From a virus (lineage: Duplodnaviria; Caudoviricetes): 59,039 nucleotides of DNA. Position 1 is the first letter of the stretch. Each line of letters opens with the position of its first letter. A program made the position numbers and the translations under genes. The notes under the pieces are model-generated. The model was not told the DNA's origin. It searched no databases and was given only the letters and a program-made list of their open reading frames with translations. The stretch covers positions 1 to 59,039 of the IMG/VR virus record IMGVR_UViG_3300036985_002412. One strand, 5' to 3'. Shown piece by piece: positions 1-8,514 of the stretch.

Positions 1-127
1 TTATTCTAAAGTAGAGTATAAAATACAAGATTTTACAGAATGCAGTGGCTCATTTATAAATTGTAAACCAGGCGAATATTCTTGCAGAAGAAAAACAATA
101 GAATCTGGCGATTTAACATTTCCTAAA
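1..127. repeat. 127-bp exact direct repeat, copy 1 (copy 2 at 33447-33573)
   Basis: TTATTCTAAAGTAG...ACATTTCCTAAA is identical at both places and diverges at the next base (C vs G). Confidence 0.95.
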
Positions 128-149
128 CAATTTAAAAACAAATAAGATT

Positions 150-851
150 ATGAAAAACATACACATATTACCAACAGATAAACCAAGTAGGTTATATCAA
201 TTAAAAAATGATATTCTAAGATTAGATTATAAAATTGATAAAGGTGAAGCCAATAAACACATCTACATCACTTCTGATGAAGAAATTAAACCTAATGTAT
301 ACGCTTTAATTAATAAAGTTTTATGTAAAACTGAATTATTAGAGGGTAGAATTGTTTCAAGACAATTAGTAGGTGGTGCAACTATGGATATTTGTAAAAG
401 TGAATATTTAGAAATCATCCTAAGCACAGACCAAGACTTAATCAAAGATGATGTACAAGCTATTGATGATGAGTTCTTAGAGTGGTTTGTTAAAAATCCA
501 AGTTGTGAGTGGGTTGAGATTGAAAAATCAACAAACACCGCTGATAATATTGATAGTAATATACCTACTATTCCTTGGACTTTTTATAAAATAATCATTC
601 CAAGTGAAGAACCTAAACAAGAAACAACTCTTGAAGAATTTATTGAATCACAACCTTATTATGGCACTTGTACTTATGAATATAAAGAAGGTATTGAAGT
701 AGGTGCTAAATGGCAACAAGAAAGAATGTATAGTGAGGAAGAAGTTGAGGATTTTATCTATAAAGTTTGTGGCACAGTAGCAAGACTACAAGGAATTACA
801 TTAAATGGTAATCATATAGATACTGCTTATAAACAATTTAAAAAGAAATAA
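150..851 (+). CDS. hypothetical phage protein (mini-cassette; GAKWQQER-YSEEE module)
   Basis: 233-aa ORF bounded by junction repeats; C-terminal module shared with 33070..33363. Confidence 0.8.
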   Translation: MKNIHILPTDKPSRLYQLKNDILRLDYKIDKGEANKHIYITSDEEIKPNVYALINKVLCKTELLEGRIVSRQLVGGATMDICKSEYLEIILSTDQDLIKDDVQAIDDEFLEWFVKNPSCEWVEIEKSTNTADNIDSNIPTIPWTFYKIIIPSEEPKQETTLEEFIESQPYYGTCTYEYKEGIEVGAKWQQERMYSEEEVEDFIYKVCGTVARLQGITLNGNHIDTAYKQFKKK

Positions 852-855
852 GATT

Positions 856-922
856 AGTAGATATGCAGAAGTTTGGGTGTAGCCACCAAGTTAAAAACGA
901 GAGGTGCTTCTGTATGTCTATT
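856..922 (+). ncRNA. putative structured non-coding cassette
   Basis: AGTAGATATGCAGAAGT pairs with GCTTCTGTATGTCTATT using G:U pairs; lies between two junction repeats. Confidence 0.4.
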
Positions 923-950
923 TATTAACAATTTAAAAAGAAATAAGATT

Positions 951-1178
951 ATGAAACAATCAGCAGTAGAATGGTTAGTAGAGAAACTAAAATCACAAGG
1001 ATTACTAATTGGAGAAATTAACAATTTAGTAGCAGTTAGAGAAGCCAAAGAAATGGAAAAGCAACAAATTATTGATGTTTGTAATAATGCACAAAAAACA
1101 GATTTTTATGTTAAATATTATGATGCAGAACAATACTACAACGAAACATTTAAAAACAAATATGAAACCAAAACGTAA
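951..1178 (+). CDS. hypothetical phage protein (MKQSAVEWL.../AKEMEKQQIID family)
   Basis: ATG supplied by the junction repeat; paralog at 33683..33889. Confidence 0.75.
   Translation: MKQSAVEWLVEKLKSQGLLIGEINNLVAVREAKEMEKQQIIDVCNNAQKTDFYVKYYDAEQYYNETFKNKYETKT
1042..1162. repeat. 121-bp near-identical repeat (copy 2 at 33768-33888)
   Basis: One mismatch (T1078 vs C). Confidence 0.9.
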
Positions 1179-1413
1179 AAACATTTTAATGCATAAACTC
1201 TATTGCATTTGTCAATTACAGCTCGAGGTCTTAGACGAACTCAATCCAACAACTGACAAAATGGTAAAATACAAATCCGATATAATTGGACTTTGTGAGG
1301 AACTGAATAATAATGTAGCCGATACCTATACAATTCAAAAGAGTACCTACTTCCACGAATTGACAAATAAGATTGACACAATATTAAGAAAGGAATTTAA
1401 CGAAAATATGTAA
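1162..1413 (+). CDS. hypothetical protein
   Basis: ORF track 1072..1413; likely start is ATG 1162 (MKPKRK). Confidence 0.65.
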   Translation: MKPKRKNILMHKLYCICQLQLEVLDELNPTTDKMVKYKSDIIGLCEELNNNVADTYTIQKSTYFHELTNKIDTILRKEFNENM

Positions 1414-1512
1414 TATTATGAATCAAAAGGAACAGGTTATCGTAGAAGTCGCAATGTGGATTTCATTAGTTGTAGCGTGCTTAGGAATATTAAAAATAAT
1501 AACCTGGCTATT

Positions 1513-1767
1513 ATGACAGAACAGCAAATACAAACTAAAATTAAAAAGAAACTCCAGGAGCGAGGTTGGTTTGTAACCAAACTAATTAAAACCTCCACAA
1601 ATGGCATTCCAGACCTTTTAGCAATCAAATACGGCAAGGCTATGTTTATAGAAGTCAAACGAGAAAACGGCAAACTCGAACCCTTACAACAGACGCGACT
1701 CGAGGAACTAACCCAAGCTGGAGCAATTGTTAAAGTCTGGAGCGATTATGAAGTTGACTTTAAATAA
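1513..1767 (+). CDS. VRR-NUC domain nuclease
   Basis: E..IQ, GIPDLL, FIEVK and Q motifs of the PD-(D/E)xK VRR-NUC family. Confidence 0.85.
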   Translation: MTEQQIQTKIKKKLQERGWFVTKLIKTSTNGIPDLLAIKYGKAMFIEVKRENGKLEPLQQTRLEELTQAGAIVKVWSDYEVDFK

Positions 1768-1892
1768 CGTTTTGCAACTACACGTCTGTTGCGTAAAAAC
1801 ACAAAATTATCTTTCAGTTTAACACGGAATTGAAAGGTACAAAACAAATATTAAATTAATCACAATGTAGCAATAGCGTGTAATTGCTGTTA
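1765..1892. repeat. attC-like hairpin A1
   Basis: TAACgttttGCAACTACACGtCTGTTGC ... GCAATAGCGTGTAATTGCtGTTA. Confidence 0.85.
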
Positions 1893-1907
1893 TAACTCGT
1901 TTTTCTT

Positions 1908-2165
1908 ATGAAAACATTATTAATTACTACAATTTTAATTCATTTATTTTTCACAATAATATCATTTGTGATAAATTACAAAAAAGCAACAGAGCCCTAT
2001 TATGTAAAAGATGCTCTGTATGATTTAGGACTTTGTTTAATTCCAGCTGTAAATATTGCGTATGTGTTTTTAACTTTTTATGAAAGTTATTTAGAAAAGC
2101 ACTTTAATAAAATAACTTTCAATTTTAAAAAATGGTCATCTTTTATGGATAAGCGTTTAAAATGA
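1908..2165 (+). CDS. small membrane protein (cassette cargo)
   Basis: Two hydrophobic segments; segment ends GTTATAACTCGTTTT / AAAATGAGTTATAAC. Confidence 0.7.
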   Translation: MKTLLITTILIHLFFTIISFVINYKKATEPYYVKDALYDLGLCLIPAVNIAYVFLTFYESYLEKHFNKITFNFKKWSSFMDKRLK

Positions 2166-2169
2166 GTTA

Positions 2170-2298
2170 TAACGTTAAACGGCTTTGTGATGTTGCCGAA
2201 AATACACACACTAACTTTAAATTAAAAACTAAACAATGAAAACACAAAATGACAATTCAGTTAAGCCAGAAGTAGGCAATAGCACAAAACCGCTGTTA
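2170..2298. repeat. attC-like hairpin A2
   Basis: TAACgttaaaCGGCTTTGTGATGTTGCC ... GGCAATAGCACAAAACCGctGTTA. Confidence 0.85.
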
Positions 2299-2679
2299 TC
2301 TTCTCGGCTTTTAAAATTCCGAGCTTTTTCAAATGAAACAAAAAAAATGATGGATTGGGACTTTATAAGGTCAGTAAATAATCTAACTAAATTAATATCA
2401 CTAAACCACGTTGATGTTTCTGAATTTATAGGATTGCACGACAAAAATGGTAAAGAAATATACGAAGGAGATATTCTTTGTGATTACAGACTTGATGGTA
2501 CTTATCGGCTGTTTAAAATTTTCAGAGGAAAAGGCGGTTTTGTTTTTAATACCCACCAAGACGATTTTAAAAAACCTATTGAGCAAATTCTATTTACTGA
2601 AAGTTGTTCAGATATGCAAAATGCTGGTTTTTTAGAAACTTGTGAAATAGAAGGTAATATTTGGACGTACGTTTGGTAA
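2236..2679 (+). CDS. YopX family protein (cassette cargo; start inside hairpin loop)
   Basis: KFRAF, GLHDKNGKEIYEGDIL and EIEGNI motifs typical of YopX. Confidence 0.85.
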   Translation: MKTQNDNSVKPEVGNSTKPLLSSRLLKFRAFSNETKKMMDWDFIRSVNNLTKLISLNHVDVSEFIGLHDKNGKEIYEGDILCDYRLDGTYRLFKIFRGKGGFVFNTHQDDFKKPIEQILFTESCSDMQNAGFLETCEIEGNIWTYVW

Positions 2680-2688
2680 GCTGGAAGA

Positions 2689-2815
2689 TAACGTTTCTCG
2701 GCTTTGCTTTGTTGCGGAAAAGTAAGCCAAAATTATCGATTAAAAAACAATATTAACAAACACAAACCGAACATTGAATTATGCCCAAAACCGCAATAGA
2801 GCAAAACCGATGTTA
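2689..2815. repeat. attC-like hairpin A3
   Basis: TAACgtttcTCGGCTTTGCTTTGTTGCGG ... CCGCAATAGAGCAAAACCGAtGTTA. Confidence 0.85.
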
Positions 2816-2830
2816 TAAGTAGCTTTTATT

Positions 2831-3322
2831 ATGGACCAAATTAAACAATTAAAAGATTATTGTGATGAAATTTCACTTGATGATTTACGATTTGTCAAAG
2901 TAAGACAAAAAATAGAAAAAATGCACGAACAAAACAATATAACAATTATTGATTTTATAAAGCAAAAAGAATATGATTTATCTGTTCGTGCAAAAAATGT
3001 ATTAAAATACGCTTCACATTTATATACTTATATGAATGAACTTTCGGTTATTAAATTAGTAAAAATTAGAACTGTTGGTTTAAAAAGCGTAAAAGAAATT
3101 ATACACGTTTACCCTAATTTAGAAAATGAAGTTGGGCATTTAACGAGTATTACAATAAGAGAACATTTAAACAAAGAAGTATTAGCATTTGTTGAATTTG
3201 TATGCTCATCTAAAAATCAAATAGGTTATCACGAAGAAATGAAAAAGTGGTATATTTATGGTAAAGGGTTATGGGTAGATAGTGAACAATTATTTTGGTA
3301 TTTTAACCGCAATGTTGAGTAA
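2831..3322 (+). CDS. protein with RNA polymerase alpha-CTD-like domain (cassette cargo)
   Basis: LSVRAKNVL...LVKIRTVGLKSVKEI resembles the alphaCTD consensus LSVRSxNCL...LLKIxNxGxKSLxEI. Confidence 0.7.
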   Translation: MDQIKQLKDYCDEISLDDLRFVKVRQKIEKMHEQNNITIIDFIKQKEYDLSVRAKNVLKYASHLYTYMNELSVIKLVKIRTVGLKSVKEIIHVYPNLENEVGHLTSITIREHLNKEVLAFVEFVCSSKNQIGYHEEMKKWYIYGKGLWVDSEQLFWYFNRNVE

Positions 3323-3367
3323 AGTTACTTATAACTCCAAAATTCACGCTATAAAAGTATTACAATT

Positions 3368-3550
3368 ATGCAATTATACACTAAAACAAAGGTTATAAGG
3401 ATTTCAGAAACACAATTAAAAACACTTCAAAAAATGAAGTCTTATAATGTTGATGTTGGTAATTTCATTCGTGAAGCAATACAAGAGAAAATTAAACGTG
3501 AGTACAAAGAATTAATATTAAAACATAAAAAATCGGAATGTCCGTTTTAA
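3368..3550 (+). CDS. small ribbon-helix-helix-like DNA-binding protein
   Basis: TKVIRIS beta-strand followed by two helices (FIREAIQEKI). Confidence 0.6.
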   Translation: MQLYTKTKVIRISETQLKTLQKMKSYNVDVGNFIREAIQEKIKREYKELILKHKKSECPF

Positions 3551-3579
3551 TTTTATAACAAATAAAGTATAATTTTGTT

Positions 3580-3608
3580 ACAAAACAACTTTTTTTCGTT
3601 ATATTTGT
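3580..3608 (+). promoter_or_regulatory. ACAAAA-N11-CGTTATA phage promoter overlapping a host-type TATATTTG box
   Basis: Same motif and spacing at 6610, 13771 and 16523. Confidence 0.6.
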
Positions 3609-3614
3609 AACGAT

Positions 3615-3848
3615 ATGATTAAACCGCACACTATATCAACGCAAATGTGGCTCGAAACTGAAGACGATAATCTCGGTTTCAATGGATCATACGTAGAATT
3701 TAGGGTGGTAGTTGATAGCATAAACGGCTTTTGGGTTGAGAATGAAGACGAAATAGTTTTAATTATTAGCGGAACAGCCTATTATATCGAAAGCAACCAG
3801 GATTTATTGAGTTTTTTAAAACAGTATTTTAATCCGTTAACATTATGA
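3615..3848 (+). CDS. hypothetical protein
   Basis: 77-aa ORF overlapping the start of the sigma gene. Confidence 0.7.
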   Translation: MIKPHTISTQMWLETEDDNLGFNGSYVEFRVVVDSINGFWVENEDEIVLIISGTAYYIESNQDLLSFLKQYFNPLTL

Positions 3849-4288
3849 TTTTAGAAGAGTTAGCTAAGAAGGATGCCCAATGGAGAAAAATGGCTTTACA
3901 AATTTGTAAAGACAAGGACTTAGCTGACGAATTAGTACAGGAAATGTACATTAAGGTTTCAAATAAAACAAAACCTTTGTCAGATGGTTATATATTTGTG
4001 ACACTAAGATCCATTTTCTACGACTCTCTTAAATCAAAAGATATTTTAATCGATGACTTCAGAAGTTTTGAAGCTTTAGAGGAGGAAATTATTGATTATA
4101 TAATTGAGGAAATAGATTATAAAGAGCTTTCTAAGGGCTTAACCTGGTACGAACGCACTATGTTTGAACTCTCAACCTTAGTAGGTCAACGGGAACTCTC
4201 AAGACAAACAGGAATACATTTACAAACTATCCATCGAGTTAATAAGATGGTTAAATTAAAACTAAATGGCAAAAAGAAAAATAAATAG
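3845..4288 (+). CDS. ECF-like RNA polymerase sigma factor
   Basis: Region 2 LADELVQEMYIK..YIFVTLRSIFYD; region 4 HTH QRELSRQTGIHLQTI. Confidence 0.75.
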   Translation: MILEELAKKDAQWRKMALQICKDKDLADELVQEMYIKVSNKTKPLSDGYIFVTLRSIFYDSLKSKDILIDDFRSFEALEEEIIDYIIEEIDYKELSKGLTWYERTMFELSTLVGQRELSRQTGIHLQTIHRVNKMVKLKLNGKKKNK

Positions 4289-4406
4289 ATTTAAAATAAT
4301 TACTTTTTGGATAGGTGTAAATATTATAGGTATTCCAAATTTTCATTATCATATTTTTGTAAGAAAACAAAGAACATCATTATCAAGATTTTTTAATTAA
4401 ATAACA

Positions 4407-4784
4407 ATGGCAAAAAGAAAAACTAAAAAGGAAATTCAAGGCTTGGGCGATGTAATTGCAGCTGTAACCTCAGCTGTTGGGATTGAGCCTTGCGATGGTT
4501 GCAAAGACCGACAGTTTACCCTTAATCGTTTATTTAACTTTAAAACGGTTAAAAGCGAAATGACTCAAACCGATAAGGACCATTTTGCTTTATTCTTAGA
4601 CTTAAAAGGTCAAAGAGTAATTGATGGTAAAAGGACGGAGTTAGTTTTCGAGGATATTGATTTTTTAAATAAATTATACCTTTATTACTTTGGATTAGAC
4701 AATTCAAACTGTCCTAACTGTTCAAAAGTTCACGAGCAAGTGATTAAGGATTTATTCAAATTGTACAATTATGGAAATTTATAA
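4407..4784 (+). CDS. conserved phage protein with GLGD and CxxC motifs
   Basis: GLGDVIAAVT..GI..CDGC..R; CPNC. Confidence 0.7.
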   Translation: MAKRKTKKEIQGLGDVIAAVTSAVGIEPCDGCKDRQFTLNRLFNFKTVKSEMTQTDKDHFALFLDLKGQRVIDGKRTELVFEDIDFLNKLYLYYFGLDNSNCPNCSKVHEQVIKDLFKLYNYGNL

Positions 4785-4977
4785 AAGAAAAGCTATTTTT
4801 TCCAATTTAAAAGATTATGATTTTGCATCAAAAGAAAATAGTTATATTGAAATAACAGAATGGAACAACGGAGAAGGAATTGATATAAATGCCAATAATT
4901 ATAGTGATAGAAATATCTCATTATCTTATGCAGAATTTAAATTAATTAAAAAGTTAATTAAAAAATTAGATAAATAA
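4771..4977 (+). CDS. hypothetical protein
   Basis: 68-aa ORF coupled to the upstream gene. Confidence 0.65.
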   Translation: MEIYKRKAIFSNLKDYDFASKENSYIEITEWNNGEGIDINANNYSDRNISLSYAEFKLIKKLIKKLDK

Positions 4978-5034
4978 TGATTGTACCTGAGTTGCTTACC
5001 ATAAGAACAGCTCTCAGGTCTTTTTTAAAAAAAT

Positions 5035-5121
5035 AATCGGTTAATGTAATTGGATATAAATCCAACTTGGGAAACATCCGCTTTTATAGTGGGAATAGAG
5101 GTTCAAATCCTCTACCGATTA
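5035..5121 (+). tRNA. tRNA-like element, atypical or pseudo
   Basis: Acceptor stem AATCGGT/ACCGATT; T-arm AGAGG-TTCAAAT-CCTCT; anticodon-like stem around TTTTATA; D-region enlarged by an extra hairpin. Confidence 0.5.
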
Positions 5122-5158
5122 CAAATTAATAAAATTGAATTTCAAATAATTTTCAATT

Positions 5159-5446
5159 ATGGAGGATAAAAGAAAAAATAACGGAGGAGCGAGAGCAAAC
5201 TCGGGAAGACTTAAAAAGGAAGAGGTATTCTCTTTGATTGAAACACTTGACACAATAGCAATTCCTGAGACAGTTTGGAAAATGCTTTATGCTAAGGTTT
5301 TGGATAGCGATGTAAATGCTATTAAACTTTGGTTAAGTTATCGATATGGAATGCCGAAGCAAGTAATTGATCAAAATATAAATATAGAAAAACCTATTTT
5401 CCAATCAATCAATTTGGATGTTCCAGACTACGACAGCCCAGAGTAA
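5159..5446 (+). CDS. terminase small subunit
   Basis: NGGAR.NSGR N-terminus; overlaps the start of the large terminase gene. Confidence 0.7.
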   Translation: MEDKRKNNGGARANSGRLKKEEVFSLIETLDTIAIPETVWKMLYAKVLDSDVNAIKLWLSYRYGMPKQVIDQNINIEKPIFQSINLDVPDYDSPE

Positions 5447-6581
5447 AATCGCACGATTAAGAAAACGTGTTCGGATTGTGCAGGGTGGAACCTCCAGCTC
5501 GAAAACGTTTTCTATTTTACCTTTATTAATAACTTACGCTATACAAAATCCATTTTCAGAGATTAGTATAGTTAGTGAGAGCATTCCTCATTTAAAAAGG
5601 GGAGCTTTAAAGGATTTTCAAAAGATAATGATATTGACTGACAATTATAAGGATGCTAATTTCAATCGGTCATCGTTAAAATATACGTTTTCAAACAATT
5701 CCTATATTGAATTTTTTAGTGTGGACCAACCGGACAAACTCAGAGGAGCAAGGAGGGATATTCTATTTGTAAACGAGTGCAATAATATCGATTTTGAAAG
5801 CTACCAACAACTCGCAGTGCGTACAAAGAAATTCATTTACTTAGACTACAACCCTACAAATGAGTTTTGGGTACAAACGGAGCTTATAAACGATGCAGAC
5901 TCTGACTTTGTAGTTTTAACTTACAAGGATAACGAGGCACTCGATCCGGCAATCGTTAGAGAGATTGAGAAGGCAAAAGTTAAAGCACTTACATCAACGT
6001 ATTGGGCGAACTGGTGGAACGTTTACGGATTGGGAATGCTTGGCTCACTTGAAGGGGTTATCTTTCAAAATTGGGAGCAAATCGATACCGTACCAGCTGA
6101 AGCAAAATTCTTAGGATGTGGACTCGATTTTGGTTATAGCAATGACCCAACCGCTTTGATTGGAGTGTATGAGTACAATGGTAAGATAATCGCTGACGAA
6201 ATGATATATTCAACCTCACTATTAAACTCCGATATTATTACTTTAATGAAACAAGAGCGAACCCTTCCAATATGGGCGGACTCAGCAGAACCAAAAAGCA
6301 TCGAGGAAATTCGCAGAGCTGGTTACAATATCAAACCAGTTGTTAAGGGTGCAGACTCAATAAATTTCGGTATCTCGGTGCTACAGCAAAAAGAGTTATT
6401 AGTTACAAAATCGAGCACTAATTTAATTAAAGAGTTGAGGCATTACAGTTGGGATGTTGACAAAACAGGCAAAAAGCTAAACAAGCCAATCGACGATTTT
6501 AACCACGGACTCGATGCTTTGCGTTATTTTGCAATGATGCAACTCGCTATAAAACCACATCGTAAGGTGATTATCACGTAA
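5418..6581 (+). CDS. terL: terminase large subunit (PBSX/SPP1-like)
   Basis: QGGTSSSKT Walker A, FVNE Walker B, DYNP, GLDFG, DSAEP and NHGLDALRY nuclease motifs. Confidence 0.95.
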   Translation: MFQTTTAQSKIARLRKRVRIVQGGTSSSKTFSILPLLITYAIQNPFSEISIVSESIPHLKRGALKDFQKIMILTDNYKDANFNRSSLKYTFSNNSYIEFFSVDQPDKLRGARRDILFVNECNNIDFESYQQLAVRTKKFIYLDYNPTNEFWVQTELINDADSDFVVLTYKDNEALDPAIVREIEKAKVKALTSTYWANWWNVYGLGMLGSLEGVIFQNWEQIDTVPAEAKFLGCGLDFGYSNDPTALIGVYEYNGKIIADEMIYSTSLLNSDIITLMKQERTLPIWADSAEPKSIEEIRRAGYNIKPVVKGADSINFGISVLQQKELLVTKSSTNLIKELRHYSWDVDKTGKKLNKPIDDFNHGLDALRYFAMMQLAIKPHRKVIIT

Positions 6582-6609
6582 ATTTAGTGAAAACAACTTA
6601 TTTTTATAA

Positions 6610-6641
6610 ACAAAACCAACTTTTAACGTTATATATATATG
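6610..6641 (+). promoter_or_regulatory. putative late promoter ACAAAA-N11-CGTT-N8-ATG
   Basis: Conserved spacing; precedes the tail operon. Confidence 0.65.
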
Positions 6642-7331
6642 AGAGTTACTATTCCAACCTATTTAAGTGAGATTAAATTATCTCAGTACCTAAGATATCA
6701 AAAGGTTATCGCTGATAATTCAGACGATGAGACCTTTGTATGTATTCAAATGGTGGCTATCTTTTGTAATTTAACAGTTGCCGAAGTTATGAAAATTCCT
6801 GTTAATGATTTCGGGGAAATCGTTGAAACATTAGCGAAAGTATTGGATCAGAAACCCGCACTCGTTAGAACTTTTAAATTAAATAAGGTTGAGTACGGAT
6901 TTATTCCAAACTTTGAGAAAATAACCTTAGGCGAACACGCAACGATTGACACGTTACTCGGCAAAGATGAGAATTTAGCCTTATTAATTTCGGTAATGTA
7001 TCGTAAAATAACTAAAAAGGTTTCTGTCTTTTACGAGATTGAGGAGTACGATGGTGACGAAAGCAAAGCGGAACTTTTTAAAGACGTTCCAATGGATGTA
7101 GTAATAGGTTCTATGCTTTTTTTTTGGACTTTAAACAAAGAATTATTATCGAATATCCTATTACATTTGGAGAGCAAGGCAGCGAGGGAGGGACTGAATT
7201 TGGAGGAAGCTTTGGAGAGCGTTGGGGGTGGTATCAAACTTTTATTCGACTGTCGAGAGAACTTAGAATCCACGTTAGAGAAATTGGAAGAGAGCCTCTT
7301 CACGAATCACTCACGTTATTATCTTACTTAA
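6639..7331 (+). CDS. putative tail assembly chaperone
   Basis: First gene of the structural operon; T9 slippery run at 7117-7125 with an overlapping -1 ORF. Confidence 0.6.
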   Translation: MRVTIPTYLSEIKLSQYLRYQKVIADNSDDETFVCIQMVAIFCNLTVAEVMKIPVNDFGEIVETLAKVLDQKPALVRTFKLNKVEYGFIPNFEKITLGEHATIDTLLGKDENLALLISVMYRKITKKVSVFYEIEEYDGDESKAELFKDVPMDVVIGSMLFFWTLNKELLSNILLHLESKAAREGLNLEEALESVGGGIKLLFDCRENLESTLEKLEESLFTNHSRYYLT

Positions 7332-7384
7332 TTGACGAAAGCAAAGAGGAAGCAAAACAAATTAAACAAAACTTTAAGAAATGA
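7124..7384 (+). CDS. -1 frameshift extension of the tail chaperone (G-T-like)
   Basis: Open -1 frame after T TTT TTT, ending in an ATGA overlap with the next gene. Confidence 0.6.
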   Translation: MDFKQRIIIEYPITFGEQGSEGGTEFGGSFGERWGWYQTFIRLSRELRIHVREIGREPLHESLTLLSYLIDESKEEAKQIKQNFKK

Positions 7385-7836
7385 AATCATTTTATAAAAC
7401 AATCGACTATATTAAAACCACTTTGGAGGGTGCTCCGTTATTGAATACGATAACTCACGGAACAGATATAATCGATAACGTTAAAAAGAATATATTCCCT
7501 TTGGCTCACATAAATGTTATGAGCTCAAGCATCAACGCTGGAGTTGTTAATTTCACATTTGAAATCGCAATACTCGATATTCGTAATATCTCAAAGGTAA
7601 AATATAAAGATAAGTTTTTAGGAAATGATAATGAACTCGATAATTTGAACACGTGTCACGCTATTTTGAACTATATGATTATGTCGATGCGAATGAAGCG
7701 AAACGATAACGATATTGAGTTAATGAATGAGCCAACGTTGCAACCGATTTTGATGGCTTTCACAAATGCGTTAGACGGTTGGAAGTGCGATATTGAGTTA
7801 AGTATTCCGAATAACGATTTTGATGTTTGCTGTTAA
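7381..7836 (+). CDS. putative tail terminator/completion protein
   Basis: Size, FPLAHI motif and position in the structural operon. Confidence 0.5.
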   Translation: MKSFYKTIDYIKTTLEGAPLLNTITHGTDIIDNVKKNIFPLAHINVMSSSINAGVVNFTFEIAILDIRNISKVKYKDKFLGNDNELDNLNTCHAILNYMIMSMRMKRNDNDIELMNEPTLQPILMAFTNALDGWKCDIELSIPNNDFDVCC

Positions 7837-8360
7837 TGGAACTTAAAAAAGTACAGGAGGCATTAAACGCTTTCGGAGCCTCTGTAGTTGAGAGAGCAAA
7901 ACAAAATTTAAAGATAGGGGGTAAATACGGAACGCATAACGCATCCGGAAAGCTTTCAAACTCTTTAAATTATAAAACAAAAGTCAACCCGAACTCGATT
8001 GAATTTGACTTTTACGCTGAGGATTACTGGAAGGAACTTGACTTTGGTACAAAAGGAAGTCAATCGAGTAATAAAGCACCGAATAGTCCTTACAAAGCAA
8101 CGGCAAAACTCGCTGACATTGATAGGTGGGTAGTTCGTAAAGGATTGCAAGGTACGAGAGGAGCTGGTGGAAAGTTTGTAAATCGTAAATTGATGGTTGC
8201 AAGTATAACAAAATCGATTAATAAGACAGGAACTCCAGAAACGAAGTTTTTTAGGAGTGCATTCGATAAGGAATATGAGAATTTTAACAATAATATTGCC
8301 GATAAATACGGATTAGATTTGGAGGAGTTTTTAAAATTTAGTTTAAAAGATATAAAATGA
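7836..8360 (+). CDS. putative neck/tail completion protein
   Basis: SGKLSNSL, YWKELDFGTKG and FF motifs resembling HK97 gp10-like proteins. Confidence 0.55.
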   Translation: MELKKVQEALNAFGASVVERAKQNLKIGGKYGTHNASGKLSNSLNYKTKVNPNSIEFDFYAEDYWKELDFGTKGSQSSNKAPNSPYKATAKLADIDRWVVRKGLQGTRGAGGKFVNRKLMVASITKSINKTGTPETKFFRSAFDKEYENFNNNIADKYGLDLEEFLKFSLKDIK

Positions 8361-8514
8361 ACATAGTAAAAATTTATAAAGGAGAGGACACAATTGAAAC
8401 TTTTACAATTAAAAGCGAAAATACTATTGACTCAAGTCAGTACGTAATTTTGTGGGATTGTAAAGAGGAAATATATATTGACGAGGAATTGATTGAAACA
8501 AAATATCATACAGT

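Larger units (their letters stand above)
125..1164 (+). repeat. Cassette-junction repeat AAACAATTTAAAAA(C/G)AAATAAGAT(T)ATG, 4 copies (125, 831, 927, 1144)
   Basis: Motif encodes FK(N/K)K-stop and usually supplies the next ATG; the copy at 1144 is truncated. Confidence 0.85.
1765..3335. mobile_element. integron-like cassette array 1 (3 cassettes, no adjacent integrase)
   Basis: Hairpins TAAC...GTTA at 1765-1892, 2170-2298 and 2689-2815; each ORF segment has complementary ends; array ends at TAAC 3332-3335. Confidence 0.85.

Noticed and set aside
1042-1162. 121-bp repeat pair as a diversity-generating retroelement TR/VR
   Set aside because: Only one mismatch, and no reverse transcriptase gene in the window.
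3328-3399. CTTATAAC...GTTATAAG as a fourth hairpin in array 1
   Set aside because: Only 8 bp of outer complementarity; the inner arms do not pair and the GTT lies in the RHH coding sequence.
5035-5121. Stop-codon reassignment supported by a suppressor tRNA
   Set aside because: Genes are intact under the standard code and mostly end in TAA with tight coupling; the anticodon arm is non-canonical.
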